A stretch of 64,000 bases of DNA from Octopus vulgaris (GCA_951406725.2 OX597818.1:120962001-121026000); one strand, 5' to 3'; shown: positions 37,793 to 52,666, counted from the stretch's first letter. Program-made: numbers and translations. The notes: a model not told the origin generated them from the letters alone.

Positions 37793-38958
37793 AAACATCA
37801 GAGAATTCCCAAACATCAAAAGGGGTAGATACAAAAGAGGTTGTAAGATTAGCTGCATTGAAGAAAGTTCGATTCATGGAGATCCGATGAAAGGTTTTAA
37901 ACCTATAGAATTTATGCATGTCTACATATAGCTCATATTGAATATTTGATTAAGTTGTGTGAAGAAATTTTCGGATACAGTCATGCAAAATTTCTGAAAA
38001 TCCGAGTAAGAGGCAAAGTGACTGCCATATCATGTAGAGGAAAGTCTGAGTAAAAGCATAGTGACTGTCATATCGTGTAGAGGAACAGATTGTTATTGAA
38101 ATCTACAAGAATCGCAGTTAAGTTCGATTTTTGGAGATCCGATGAAAAAGTCTTGAACTTACAAAATATGTGTATGTCCTTATAGTTCATAATCCAGTTT
38201 TGTGGAGAGATTTAGGGTACAATCATGCGAAAAATATCAGGGAATCCAAATGAGAAGCAAAATGACAGTCTTATATTGTAGCGGTTCAGGTTGTTAATGA
38301 AATTTTCAAGAATCACAGAAAGAGGAGGAGGGAGGTAGAAATTTAAACAGTTACTGCTATTTAAGCTTTCCTTTCTCTTTGACAGCTTAAATAGCAGTAA
38401 CTGTTTAAATTTCTACCTCCCTCCTCCTCTTTCTGTGATTCTTGAAAATTTCATTAACAACCTGAACCGCTACAATATAAGACTGTCATTTTGCTTCTCA
38501 TTCGGATTCCCTGATATTTTTCGCATGATTGTACCCTAAATCTCTCCAAAAAACTGGATTATGAACTATAAGGACATACACATATTTTGTAAGTTCAAGA
38601 CTTTTTCATCGGATCTCAAAAAATCGAACTTAACTGCGATTCTTGTAGATTTCAATAACAATCTGTTCCTCTACACGATATGACAGTCACTATGCTTTTA
38701 CTCAGACTTTCCTCTACATGATATGGCAGTCACTTTGCCTCTTACTCGGATTTTCAGAAATTTTGCATGACTGTATCCGAAAATTTCTTCACACAACTTG
38801 ATCAAATATTCAATATGAGCTATATGTAGACATGCATAAATTCTATAGGTTTAAAACCTTTCATCGGATCTCCATGAATCGAACTTTCTTCAATGCAGCT
38901 AATCTTACAACCTCTTTTGTATCTACCCCTTCTGATGTTTGGGAATTCTCTGATGTTT

Positions 38959-39046
38959 TTTCGGCTGACGAGTACGAGCCATCTGTATTCACTGCATTTT
39001 TTGTAGCTTATTAAAGATGTCCTCGTACGAAACGATCGTACGGAGA
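38959..39046 (+). ncRNA. Type I hammerhead ribozyme (fold-back family, G-G mismatch in stem I)
   Basis: Same motif, but the 3' strand of stem I is CGGAGA; duplicated at 41892-41979. Confidence 0.75.
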
Positions 39047-39072
39047 TTTTAATCCATTCTTGTTGCTTTTTT

Positions 39073-39288
<216 letters not shown>

Positions 39289-39337
39289 TAAGTATATGAA
39301 AGAATGGAGTTGAACGACTAGTTAACAAATATCCTTT

Positions 39338-39422
39338 ATTCTCGACATATGTTTCGAAGGCTGCATATTCCTAATTCCGAGGGAATAAGGAGTACATTAT
39401 GCAGATTTCTCATCAGGAAAAT
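39338..39422 (-). ncRNA. Type I hammerhead ribozyme in the PLE 3' region (pLTR)
   Basis: ATTTTC-CTGATGA-GAAATCTGCATA...TATGCAGCCTTC-GAAAC-ATAT-GTC-GAGAAT; palindromic stem III ACATATGT; duplicated at 42269-42353. Confidence 0.85.
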
Positions 39423-40211
39423 CAAGGAACTTATGTCGACATCAAAATGCACAAAAAACTTTTAGCTGACCGCTCTCAAGGAGCCCATGGCGATAATGAG
39501 TGTCTCTTTATAATGAGTGACGTCAGAGTGGCTGAATGTAGAAGAATCTAGAAGTTTCTAACGGTTCAAGAGTTCAAACGAAGTAGGAGGAGGGAGGCAT
39601 AAAAATAGTAAGGTGAGAGAGTGCAGGTTAAAAGAATGGTGGGTTTAAATGATTTCTTTTGTGAATGAGTGCCTGTGTGTGTGACTGTATATAACTGTCT
39701 TAATGTGTGTATATGTGTGTCTGAGTGCGTGATTGTGTTTGTGGATGGGTAGATGTCAGGAAACTGACAGCTGTAAGTTGAAAGGTCTGTATCTGTGTGT
39801 TCGATTATGTTTACTGTAGGGGAAGGAAAGTAGATAGCGAAAGGGAGAAAGAATCGGGCGAGGTGAGAGGCAACGCAAGAATGGATAGTAGTAATTGGGA
39901 ATATAAGAAAAACTTTTTTGACTATTGGGGTGAAATATAGCAAACGTTTTTTTGGAAATCGAGGGCTTATCTATATTAGTCACTATTTATATGGATGAAA
40001 TTTACTACTATCCATTCTTGCATTGCCTCTCAATGCGTTTTTTCTTACAATGACATAGTTTAGAAGAAAGACCGGCTTCGCGTTTAGCTTTTCAAATTTC
40101 TTGCGACGTTATGTTTATCTTGAACAGAGTTATCTTCATGTTTATGTTTAAAAGAGTTCTAAATAAGGGGAGATAATTAGTGATTTCTTCCGGTGTAAGG
40201 GAGATAATCGC

Positions 40212-41385
40212 TTAAAATTTTTTTCCTTTCCCTTGGTGTGAATTTCTCTGTATCAGTATGTTGGCATGGTTAAGTCTGGGCTTGTACTTTTCAATGAAGA
40301 ATGTTTCCTTGTTTAGTCTAATTTGTGTTGATGATCCGATAGCACATTGGTAAAATGGAAAGATTAAAAATTGTGGTCGTAGTTGCTTTGCGCATTTCTC
40401 AATGTGCTCACTAAAAGGTATCATTCTGTATTCTGGGAATGCAATCTGTTGTCGATGCAGTGTGCATCTACGTCTGAGTGATAGTCCCGTGGATCCCACG
40501 TAGTCTTGGTGGCAGCCCGAGCATTTTATGACATAAATTATATTTTCAGAGGCACAAGTAAAGTTAGATTTGATCTTGAATTTCTGTCCCTCTTTAAAGA
40601 GGAATTCTGATCCTTCTAGCAGGTTTGGACATGTTGCACAGTTCGATCTACCACATTTTTTTACTTTTGCATCCGTAATTTCAGAAAACAATTTTGCCTT
40701 TGTGAGAATCTTTTTAAGTGATTTAGGTTGTTTGTAGCTTTTAATGATTTGGTGTATGTTTAGAATTTCCTTTAATTTGGGGTCCTTATGAAGTATTGGT
40801 AAGTTCTGGGTGATGATGGTGAAGGCTTCTTTGTTTCTGGGGTTGTATGTAGATATGTAAGGTAGTATTTTCGGGGAAGGTGTGTTGTTGTGTTGAACTT
40901 TTCTTAAAGTTTCTATGTTGATTTCTGTTGCACGTCTGATCCCATCCTCTATGAGTTGAGCTGGGTAATGTCTGTCAATTAGGGTGTTTTTGAGTTCTTG
41001 CAGTCTAAAGTACCTGGTATTTTGTTCTGACACTATTGTGCATATCCTTCTTGCAAGGTTGAAGGGGATGTTTGTTTTAGTGTGTCTTGGGTGGCATGAA
41101 TTAAAAAGAAGGTATTGTTTGGCGTCTGTGGCTTTGTAAAAAATGTCTGTTTCTATTTTAAGGTTAATTTTTTTAATTAGTATATCCAAGAACGGGAGCT
41201 CCTTTTGGTTGTATTCCATTGTGAACTGTATATTTGGGTTTATGCTGTTCAATAGGTTTTTAAATTTTAAGAGTTTATCTGTGTTTTCATTCCAGAGTAT
41301 AAAACAATCGTCTAAGAATCGTTTCCAATTCTCTTTTATGTATTGAGAAAGGGGGTTTCCAAAGATTGATAAAGATTCCTGGTAA
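40212..41385 (-). CDS. PLE RT C-terminus/thumb and GIY-YIG endonuclease (5'-truncated, open)
   Basis: 394-aa ORF in the track. Sister copies: 43079-44325 (-, one frameshift) and 44618-46227 (+, two nonsense codons). Confidence 0.9.
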
Positions 41386-41891
41386 ATATAGTTCAACTTT
41401 CAAAAATGAATTGGGTACAAATAATCCCTTCCTTAAGAAAATTACAAAAAAAAAAAAAAAAAACCAAACAACCCACGAACAACCCCCAACTATCCTCCAT
41501 ACACTAAAAACAGAAATCACCCACAACCAACCTTTGCAAACCACGCAAGACCTAACAGGGAACTAGCTGACAGACGACGCGTCTATGAAATAAATTACAA
41601 CAAAAACAGAACACACCAACAACATCCTAAAACTACGACCCATTGTTGCTGGCCCAACCTGTGAAACACACAGACTAAGTCTATTTATGGACATCCTCCT
41701 GAAGCCCTTCCTTAAACATATCGATAGCCATATCAGAGATGACTTAGATATGTTAAACCACCTCCCAAAAAAGCCAAGGAAGAAACAATCCTGGTTTCAT
41801 TTGATGTAGTTAACTTGTATACCAGTATACCTCATAATTACAACCTCTTTTGTATCTACCCCTTCTGATGTTTGGGAATTCTCTGATGTTT

Positions 41892-41979
41892 TTTCGGCTG
41901 ACGAGTACGAGCCATCTGTATTCACTGCATTTTTTGTAGCTTATTAAAGATGTCCTCGTACGAAACGATCGTACGGAGA
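41892..41979 (+). ncRNA. Type I hammerhead ribozyme (duplicate of 38959-39046)
   Basis: Same motif inside the 2.93-kb tandem duplication. Confidence 0.7.
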
Positions 41980-42005
41980 TTTTAATCCATTCTTGTTGCT
42001 TTTTT

Positions 42006-42092
<87 letters not shown>

Positions 42093-42113
42093 ATGTATAT
42101 ATATATATATATA

Positions 42114-42215
<102 letters not shown>

Positions 42216-42268
42216 AATATAAGTATATGAAAGAATGGAGTTGAACGACTAGTTAACAAATATCCTTT

Positions 42269-42353
42269 ATTCTCGACATATGTTTCGAAGGCTGCATATT
42301 CCTAATTCCGAGGGAATAAGGAGTACATTATGCAGATTTCTCATCAGGAAAAT
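42269..42353 (-). ncRNA. Type I hammerhead ribozyme (duplicate of 39338-39422)
   Basis: Same motif, offset by 2931 bp. Confidence 0.8.
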
Positions 42354-45300
42354 CAAGGAACTTATGTCGACATCAAAATGCACAAAAAACTTTTAGCTGA
42401 CCGCTCTCAAGGAGCCCATGGCGATAATGAGTGTCTCTTTATAATGAGTGACGTCAGAGTGGCTGAATGTAGAAGAATCTAGAAGTTTCTAACGGTTCAA
42501 GAGTTCAAACGAAGTAGGAGGAGGGAGGCATAAAAATAGTAAGGTGAGAGAGTGCAGGTTAAAAGAATGGTGGGTTTAAATGATTTCTTTTGTGAATGAG
42601 TGCCTGTGTGTGTGACTGTATATAACTGTCTTAATGTGTGTATATGTGTGTCTGAGTGCGTGATTGTGTTTGTGGATGGGTAGATGTCAGGAAACTGACA
42701 GCTGTAAGTTGAAAGGTCTGTATCTGTGTGTTCGATTATGTTTACTGTAGGGGAAGGAAAGTAGATAGCGAAAGGGAGAAAGAATCGGGCGAGGTGAGAG
42801 GCAACGCAAGAATGGATAGTAGTAATTGGGAATATAAGAAAAACTTTTTTGACTATTGGGGTGAAATATAGCAAACGTTTTTTTGGAAATCGAGGGCTTA
42901 TCTATATTAGTCACTATTTATATGGATGAAATTTACTACTATCCATTCTTGCATTGCCTCTCAATGCGTTTTTTCTTACAATGACATAGTTTAGAAGAAA
43001 GACCGGCTTCGCGTTTAGCTTTTCAAATTTCTTGCGACGTTATGTTTATCTTGAACAGAGTTATCTTCATGTTTATGTTTAAAAGAGTTCTAAATAAGGG
43101 GAGATAATTAGTGATTTCTTCCGGTGTAAGGGAGATAATCGCTTAAAATTTTTTTCCTTTCCTTGGTGTGAATTTCTCTGTATCAGTATGTTGGCATGGT
43201 TAAGTCTGGGCTTGTACTTTTCAATGAAGAATGTTTCCTTGTTTAGTCTAATTTGTGTTGATGATCCGATAGCACATTGGTAAAATGGAAAGATTAAAAA
43301 TTGTGGTCGTAGTTGCTTTGCGCATTTCTCAATGTGCTCACTAAAAGGTATCATTCTGTATTCTGGGAATGCAATCTGTTGTCGATGCAGTGTGCATCTA
43401 CGTCTGAGTGATAGTCCCGTGGATCCCACGTAGTCTTGGTGGCAGCCCGAGCATTTTATGACATAAATTATATTTTCAGAGGCACAAGTAAAGTTAGATT
43501 TGATCTTGAATTTCTGTCCCTCTTTAAAGAGGAATTCTGATCCTTCTAGCAGGTTTGGACATGTTGCACAGTTCGATCTACCACATTTTTTTACTTTTGC
43601 ATCCGTAATTTCAGAAAACAATTTTGCCTTTGTGAGAATCTTTTAAGTGATTTAGGTTGTTTGTAGCTTTTAATGATTTGGTGTATGTTTAGAATTTCCT
43701 TTAATTTGGGGTCCTTATGAAGTATTGGTAAGTTCTGGGTGATGATGGTGAAGGCTTCTTTGTTTCTGGGGTTGTATGTAGATATGTAAGGTAGTATTTT
43801 CGGGGAAGGTGTGTTGTTGTGTTGAACTTTTCTTAAAGTTTCTATGTTGATTTCTGTTGCACGTCTGATCCCATCCTCTATGAGTTGAGCTGGGTAATGT
43901 CTGTCAATTAGGGTGTTTTTGAGTTCTTGCAGTCTAAAGTACCTGGTATTTTGTTCTGACACTATTGTGCATATCCTTCTTGCAAGGTTGAAGGGGATGT
44001 TTGTTTTAGTGTGTCTTGGGTGGCATGAATTAAAAAGAAGGTATTGTTTGGCGTCTGTGGCTTTGTAAAAAATGTCTGTTTCTATTTTAAGGTTAATTTT
44101 TTTAATTAGTATATCCAAGAACGGGAGCTCCTTTTGGTTGTATTCCATTGTGAACTGTATATTTGGGTTTATGCTGTTCAATAGGTTTTTAAATTTTAAG
44201 AGTTTATCTGTGTTTTCATTCCAGAGTATAAAACAATCGTCTAAGAATCGTTTCCAATTCTCTTTTATGTATTGAGAAAGGGGGTTTCCAAAGATTGATA
44301 AAGATTCCTGGTAAATATAGTTCAACTTTCAAAAATGAATTGGGTACAAATAATCCCTTCCTTAAGAAAATTACAAAAAATAAAAAAAGAAAAACCAAAC
44401 AACCCACGAACAACCCCCAACTATCCTCCATACACTAAAAACAGAAATCACCCACAACCAACCTTTGCAAACCACGCAAGACCTAACAGGGAACTAGCTG
44501 ACAGACGACGCGTCTATGAAATAAATTACAACAAAAACAGAACACACCAACAACATCCTAAAACTACGACCCATTGTTGCTGGCCCAACCTGTGAAACAC
44601 ACAGACTAAGTCTATTTATGGACATCCTCCTGAAGCCCTTCCTTAAACATATCGATAGCCATATCAGAGATGACTTAGATATGTTAAACCACCTCCCAAA
44701 AAAAGCCAAGGAAGAAACAATCCTGGTTTCATTTGATGTAGTTAACTTGTATACCAGTATACCTCATAATTATGGACTAGAGGCAATACAGTTCTGGCTG
44801 GACCAATTTCCGGAAGAAATACCAAAAAGGATCAGTAAAGAATTCATTACTAAATCAATTGAATTCATTCTACATAATAACCACTTCATGTTTGACAATA
44901 CATTTTACCGTCAAAAATCCGGAATTGCTATGGGTACAAGGGCAGCACCAGTCATTGCGAACCTAACAATGGGCTACATGGAAATAATCATTTAACAGGA
45001 ATCTTTATCAATCTTTGGAAACCCCTTTCTCAATACATAAAAGAGAATTGGAAACGATTCTTAGACGATTGTTTTATACTCTGGAATGAAAACACAGATA
45101 AACTCCTAAAATTTAAAAACCTATTGAACAGCATAAACCCAAATATATAGTTCACAATGGAATACAACCAAAAGGAGCTCCCGTTCTTAGATATACTAAT
45201 TAAAAAAATTAACCTTAAAATAGAAACAGACATTTTTTACAAAGCCACAGACGCCAAACAATACCTTCTTTTTAATTCATGCCACCCAAGACACACTAAA

Positions 45301-46420
45301 ACAAACATCCCCTTCAACCTTGCAAGAAGGATATGCACAATAGTGTCAGAACAAAATACCAGGTACTTTAGACTGCAAGAACTCAAAAACACCCTAATTG
45401 ACAGACATTACCCAGCTCAACTCATAGAGGATGGGATCAGACGTGCAACAGAAATCAACATAGAAACTTTAAGAAAAGTTCAACACAACAACACACCTTC
45501 CCCGAAAATACTACCTTACATATCTACATACAACCCCAGAAACAAAGAAGCCTTCACCATCATCACCCAGAACTTACCAATACTTCATAAGGACCCCAAA
45601 TTAAAGGAAATTCTAAACATACACCAAATCATTAAAAGCTACAAACAACCTAAATCACTTAAAAAGATTCTCACAAAGGCAAAATTGTTTTCTGAAATTA
45701 CGGATGCAAAAGTAAAAAAATGTGGTAGATCGAACTGTGCAACATGTCCAAACCTGCTAGAAGGATCAGAATTCCTCTTTAAAGAGGGACAGAAATTCAA
45801 GATCAAATCTAACTTTACTTGTGCCTCTGAAAATATAATTTATGTCATAAAATGCTCGGGCTGCCACCAAGACTACGTGGGATCCACGGGACTATCACTC
45901 AGACGTAGATGCACACTGCATCGACAACAGATTGCATTCCCAGAATACAGAATGATACCTTTTAGTGAGCACATTGAGAAATGCGCAAAGCAACTACGAC
46001 CACAATTTTTAATCTTTCCATTTTACCAATGTGCTATCGGATCATCAACACAAATTAGACTAAACAAGGAAACATTCTTCATTGAAAAGTACAAGCCCAG
46101 ACTTAACCATGCCAACATACTGATACAGAGAAATTCACACCAAGGGAAAGGAAAAAATTTTAAGCGATTATCTCCCTTACACCGGAAGAAATCACTAATT
46201 ACCTCCCCTTATTTAGAACTCTTTTAAACATAAACATGAAGATAACTCTGTTCAAGATAAACATAACGTCGCAAGAAATTTGAAAAGCTAAACGCGAAAC
46301 CGGTCTATCTTCTAAACTATGTCATTGTAAGAAAAAATTTTTTAATATTCTTCAGACATATTGACGCAAATATATATATTTTTTAACCTTTAAGCCTTCT
46401 GTAGTTTTTTCACTTCTTAC

Positions 46421-46511
<91 letters not shown>

Positions 46512-46769
46512 AGTTACAAGAAGATAAGCACACCACGTTGGTGGGTGACAGAGACACCAAGATTTACACAAATGTATGTGTGTGTGTATTTGCCAGGCTT
46601 CTTTCAGTTTCTGTCAACCAAATCTACTGACAAGGCTTTGATAGGCCTGAGACTATAGGAGAACACATTTGCCCGGGGTGTCATGCAGTAGAACTGATCC
46701 CGGAACCATGTGTTAGGGAAGCAAACTTAATACACACCCACAATATATATATATATATGTGTGTGTGTG

Positions 46770-46812
<43 letters not shown>

Positions 46813-47824
46813 ACCAAATCCACTCACAAGCTTTGGTCGCCCGAGGTTATAGTATAAGACACTTGCCCAAGGTGCGACGCAGGCACTGAACTCAGGACCA
46901 TGTGGTTGGGAAGTAAGCTTCTAACCACGCAGGCACACCTGCACCTGTTAATATATATTTATATACGTGTCTTGATAGAAAGCTAATTCACAGTCATTCA
47001 AGTATTCGAATTGAAGATTTTGGTAAACGTGGACATGTGTCTATCTTGAAAGGGACTACGTGAAACTATACAAGATCAATTGACACTTCAAAATTAATAG
47101 ATAATCTCGTGTAATCTCATGTAATCCATCCAAAATGGATGGGACCATGAGCATCTTGAACTGAAATGTTTCAACAACTGTGTATTTCCTTTAGAAATGA
47201 AACGATTGGTAGCTTTGTAAACACACAAATAAAGTGTCTTGATCTATGAAATGCAGTGTTGCGCACTCGTTCTTAATGTTCTATATTACCGTATATATGA
47301 ATGTGTTTGTGTAATGTTTGTATGTTTGACGCGCGTGTGTGAAATTCTTTTTAGGACAATGGATCGTGGGGCACATAAAACTATAAATAATAGTATTTCA
47401 AAAGCTTCCCGTGAAACTTAGATTCTTTCTATCCAAAAGAGTTTTTCAACCCCAATATTAGCATGTTATTATTTATAGCATTATGGACCTCAAGATCCAC
47501 TGTTTCAATAAAAGAATTATTTCACGTTTCTCGAAAGTTGATAAATTTTTGTGACGTCAGCAACATATGTATTTGTGTGTGCTTATGTATGCATATACCC
47601 GTATGTATGTGTGTGTGTCGGTGTGTCTGTGTGTGTATATCTATCTATATATGTATTATATGTATTATAAATCAGGACACGTGATCAAAGTTCGATCTCA
47701 GTTGTGTGTCCCACCCTCCACTCCTATATCCAGTGCGGTACGATGTGGGATATCAAACCACGGGCTACACTGGTGTGCGAAATATGTGCCACGTAATAGT
47801 ATTATTGTTTTCTGTCCTATCTAG

Positions 47825-47961
47825 GCGAAGTTTGCTCTTGACAATAAATTTGGTGGTGTCATGCTCTGGGCTTTCGATGTAGATGACTTCAAAGGAATAT
47901 GTAACACTCAAAAAGTTTACCCACTTTTAAAGAGCGTGAACAAAGTGCTTAATGGAGGATC
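47825..47961 (+). CDS. GH18 chitinase-like protein, exon 8
   Basis: AKFALDNKFGGVMLWAFDVDDFKGICNTQKVYPLLKSVNKVLNGG (GGxMxWxxDxDDF motif); phase 0 to 2. Confidence 0.95.
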
Positions 47962-48569
47962 GTAAGTATACATATTTTCTTGATTGACTGATAACATAAT
48001 GACTCATCTATTATTTGGATGTATGCTGAAATTGCATCTTCCAGAAGTTAAAGAAATCGGACCCGCTAAAGCGTACGCACGGTTTCAGAGGATTAATAAT
48101 AATTGCAATGAAATATACAAACAATCGATGGATCTGGATGTTGAATGAAAATCAAATACCGACTGATGATGATCGAGAGATTATATAATTCAATAGAGAA
48201 TATATTATACTACTTTCTGCTTTAACGTAGAACACATTTTAAGTGAAATATTTCTTCACTCCGTATTGAAAATACAGCATTTATGAAACTTATTGTATTT
48301 TAACCCCAAATCAACTTTGATCAGCAGAACATATGAGCAGAAATAATTCTACCATAACCATTCTATACTTTAATGCATGATCTAAAGTACATTATCTGAT
48401 GTGTACTTTATCAAAAGTAGTAAAATGCCGTTTAAAGGACATGTGGCAGCAATTACAGCCAGATCGAGCGATCACATAGGTATTCCGTTTTGACTCATTG
48501 ATAAATGTTTGATAATGTTGTCAATACGATTGGGAAGGAGTAAGGGGTTGTTCGAAATTATTGTCTATT

Positions 48570-48870
48570 ACTGGTACTCCGTCGGTTACAACGATGAGGG
48601 TTCCAGTTGATCTGATTAACAGAACAGCCTGCTCGTGAAATTAACGTGCAATTGGTCGAGCGCTCCACAGACACACATGCCATTAACCTAGTTTTTAAGA
48701 AGATTCAATGCGACACAGAATTACGGGTACAAGCAATTTTTTGGAGCCGCGTGAAGTGAACCAACGTGAAATGAAGTGTCTTGCTCAAGGACACAACGCG
48801 CCGCCGGGAATCGAATCCACTACCTTACAATCGTGAGCTGATTATCATAACTACTAAGCCACGCTTCTTC
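48570..48870 (-). mobile_element. tRNA-derived SINE family C
   Basis: Reverse complement has GCGTGGCTTAGTAGTTA, TTCGATTCCCGG and TGTGTCCTTGAGCAAGACAC. Related copies at ~19170-19290 and ~20490-20800; another tRNA-headed SINE at ~50410-50680. Confidence 0.7.
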
Positions 48871-49981
48871 ACTGTTTGCCATCACATGAAATAATAGAAA
48901 CAACATCCACATTTCATTAAATTTTCCCATGTCCTTCTTAGTAAAGAACATATTGAAAAATGTAGTCTGGGGACCAATGCAACAAAAAAGAAATACGATG
49001 TTACTTGTCCCAAATGCAGGCAATCGTAAATCTGCTCAGTGAGGAATTACTTGATGTTAGACATACAAAAAATAACCGCAATAACAATATTGATTTAGAT
49101 TTAGAAGTAACAAGGAAATCTCTCCTAGGTGACTGTACCTGCTAGAAATAGTGGCAAAATAGCTCTAATCACATTGTTTTCTTAAATAAGTTGGTAGTTA
49201 TCGATGCAAGTAATAATACGAACAAAAATGGGATGGTGACAGCTTGGACTCTTAATAAAAGGTCTACCTTGATCAGGCCTATACCAGGAGTAAAGCAACA
49301 TATATGCATATTTTGAATTCTAAAACTGCTTGATTTGATCAATTAATAATTTCTTTTGTGTTGTATTAACGCCCTCACCATTACGCTGGGGGATTTTGAG
49401 AGCAGAGTGTAAGTTTCACCTCTAAATGAATAAATCAGATTAATATTCTAGAGGTCTCTTTCTGGACAATTATTTCAAGAGAAATAATCATTTCTTCATT
49501 ATAGTTATCGGGATTGGAAACTTAAATATTAAATTAAGGAATCATAAGGAATAAGATGCATAGAATTCGCCATTTTATAAATATTTATTATAAAGTTCTT
49601 AAATTTTTTTTTGGTCAGCATTAATCATGTCTAACACTATTTCATTCTTTTTAGAATTTTTTTTTTTTAGAAATTGTAGCCTAGGATTTATTAATCAAGC
49701 ATTTTCTGAAACGCGACATTTCTTATAGGTGAAAAATAATTGCAGTTTAGAAGAAAAGAACATAAAGTGTGTTTTCCTCTTTTATTTTTCTTCGTTATAA
49801 AGCATTAGTAGATTTGCAATCGTGATAAAATCGAAAGTTCTTAGGTTCTACATACAGAAGCCGTTTTTCAAAGAATTCTACCTTATGATGGTGTCTTGAA
49901 GTAATTAATAGTTTTGGTTCGTTTAACTGCAAAAAAAATTCGACGTATTTTTAAAATCCTTTTCCGTTTTCTCTCTCACAG

Positions 49982-50004
49982 AATCCCAACTCAAACTACA
50001 ATAA
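49982..50004 (+). CDS. GH18 chitinase-like protein, exon 9 (23-nt micro-exon, Thr/Pro linker)
   Basis: Strong pyrimidine tract ttttctctctcacag|AATCCCAACTCAAACTACAATAA|gtgagt; converts phase 2 to phase 1 exactly as needed; encodes (S)IPTQTTI(S). Confidence 0.85.
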
Positions 50005-51500
50005 GTGAGTATTTTTTCTTACGTTACTTTCTTCACTAAACATTAACATTTAACTTTTTTATATATTAACAAGAGCTACAATATATTAGTAAAGTTAGTG
50101 TTTGATATAATGAACATCTGTCGAAATCGACCTAGAAAAATTTAGTAGGTAACAATAAAAGCATTATTAGTCACTGAGAATTATTTTAATTTAATCGGCA
50201 AGTATATTTTTCTTGATTATTTCTATTTAACCTTTTTATGTTAACACCAACTATTGATTCTACATACAGATAGCAACAGAAACATAATATGATTTGCCCC
50301 GTTTTCTTTTTGAATGATAAAACTCACGTAGATAAAAATTTCCTGGTCTTGATAAATCAGCATTTCCCATTTAACCATAGATACAGGAAAAGTTTTTATA
50401 GACGTGCAGCGGACTCGCGGTCGAGGGATCGCGGGTTCGAATCTCAGACTGGGTAATGTGTATGTTTATGAGCGAAACACCTAAGCCCCACGCAGCTCCG
50501 GCAGAAGGTAATGGCGAACTTCTGCTGACTCTTTCGCCACAACTTTCTCTCACTCTTTACTCCTGCATCTTGCAGCTCACCTGCTACGGACCGGCGTCCC
50601 ATCCAGGTGGGGAACCTATACGCCAAGGAAACTGGGAAACCGGCCCTTATGAGCCAGGCGTGGCTCGAGAAGGAACAAACAATGATTGGTTAGGATAAAT
50701 TTAGAGTTGGTGAAACGATAGCAGTTTAATGATATCTACAATGCTATTTTACTAACATTTAGCAGCGAAGTATCCTCATTGTTTACAAATGTCCACTGTA
50801 TTATTAGTCGAATAAGAAATGTACAGGAGACTAATATCTGCTGTCCATGTAAAATTTCGAACCAACTGGAACAGCCCTATGTAGACACTCTACCTTCTAG
50901 AAATAACATCCTAATCTCCTTCAAATCACATCCTACCATTCTAAAACGGGTAGAACATTTACATTGGGTAGCATTGTCCCCGGTACATTCTTCGTTCTCA
51001 ATGATTAAGTTCAGCAGAATAAGTTTTAGAGTAATATCCTAAATTTATTTAATTATGTTATTCTTTTTCAATCACTTAAGTACATCTATCCTCGTGTATC
51101 ACAGATGTTTGGTTCCAAAATAAGAACGTGTTAAATGAATAAATGATAAATGAATAATAAAACGTGGAGAAAATAGATTTCATTCTGAGACCCAAAGTTG
51201 TCCTGGTTACTGTGTATAATCGCTGGAGGGCACCCTTGACTGACCTAACTATTGAATGTACTATGTTACCTCGTATCGGTGAGAAATGAATTAGTGATAA
51301 ACGAGGATAGAAGTATATTTATTTTTGATTCAGATATTTAAAGCTTCCATTTAAAATAATTTAAAATTAACCAGTAGAATTAATATTCTACTGGTTACTT
51401 TTAATCATTTGAAAACGATCATTTTACTCGTTACAGTAAAATATTAATTGCTTGCATCTTTGCAAACTTATGACTATTTTTATTTTGTTTAATTGCTTAG

Positions 51501-51673
51501 GTCCTGTAGATGTATGCAAAGGTAAATCTGGAAGTTATCCAGACCCAGTCTCATGTAAGAGCTTTTACATATGCACGAATGGAAATGGATTTAGTGCCCT
51601 CTGCCCTACTAATCAGTTATTCGATCATGTTTCAAATAGATGTGTTGAATCCTCTCGGGCCAAATGTTCATGA
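51501..51673 (+). CDS. GH18 chitinase-like protein, exon 10 (CBM14/peritrophin-A chitin-binding domain, stop)
   Basis: PVDVCKGKSGSYPDPVSCKSFYICTNGNGFSALCPTNQLFDHVSNRCVESSRAKCS*, six Cys. Total CDS is 1371 nt = 456 aa + stop. Confidence 0.9.
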
Positions 51674-51710
51674 GTTTCTCCAAGAAGACCACGAATCAAT
51701 CTTGGAAATT

Positions 51711-51795
51711 AATAAATTTGAGAGTATTTATGAAGGATTACCCATAGCAGGAAATTTTATTTCCAGTCTGTTGGTAAAATATTGTATTTAATAAA
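51711..51795 (+). terminator. Candidate polyadenylation signals
   Basis: AATAAA at 51711 and 51790, with a T-rich downstream region. Confidence 0.5.
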
Positions 51796-52127
51796 ATATA
51801 GTATTTAATTTTATGAATATTTAAAATGCATTAAGTTTATTTTGTTTGAACGTGATTAAAAATCCTTTTGTATTATCTTAAAATGCTTTTGTTTTTCTTG
51901 CAAGTTGCTGTTACTTGAGTTAGTATAAATAAGACTGGGGTGTAAGTGTCCAATATCCAAACTTTATATTCAACCAATAACACTGTGAAGTCAATGGTCA
52001 AAATTTTATTGTTAAAGGATCCAGTTTACCTGGCTATAAATAGGCAAAACAGTTCACCTAATATATTGATGTAATAGCTCTGATGAATTAAAATTTCCCA
52101 GTATTTAAATTCTGTAATACTTCATGA

Positions 52128-52388
52128 GTGGAGGCGCGTGGCTTAGTGGTTAGGGTGTTGAACTCATGATCGTAAAGTTGTAGTTTCGATTCCTGGACCA
52201 GGCGATGCGTTGTGTTCTTGAGCAAAACACTTCATTTCACGTTACTCCAGTCCACTCAGCTGGCAAAAATGAGTAATCCTGCGACGGACCGGCGTCCCGT
52301 CCAGCTGGGGAACACATACGCCATTGAAACCGGGAAACCGGGCCCATGAACCTGGCTATGCTTTAAAAAGGTGCATTTATTTTTTATT
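52128..52388 (+). mobile_element. tRNA-derived SINE family C with TSD
   Basis: A-box TGGCTTAGTGG, B-box GTTTCGATTCC; TSD TAATACTTCATGA at 52115-52127 and 52389-52401. Confidence 0.85.
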
Positions 52389-52666
52389 TAATACTTCATG
52401 AAGGTAAAGAATATAATTTTGTGGCCATTTGAAATAAAAAAAATTTAAGTGAAAAAATTGGTGGATTTTTTTCTCTTACTACTTGATAAATACTTATAAA
52501 GATTTTATCCTATTTTTAAATTATATATATATATATATATATATTAACAATCAAGGAACGGCCATAATAGGCCATTCACCCACTAGAAATAACAGCCAAA
52601 AGCTTTAACCGCAAAATAACGTCAATTCCGTAAACCAGGAGAAAATTGAAAAACATTTACCCTGTA

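Noticed and set aside
51368-51397. 13-bp hairpin before exon 10
   Set aside because: Short and AT-rich; plausible by chance or local fold-back, with no other support.
52128-52205. tRNA gene
   Set aside because: A/B boxes belong to a SINE head with body, tail and TSD; the same holds for the other tRNA-like heads.
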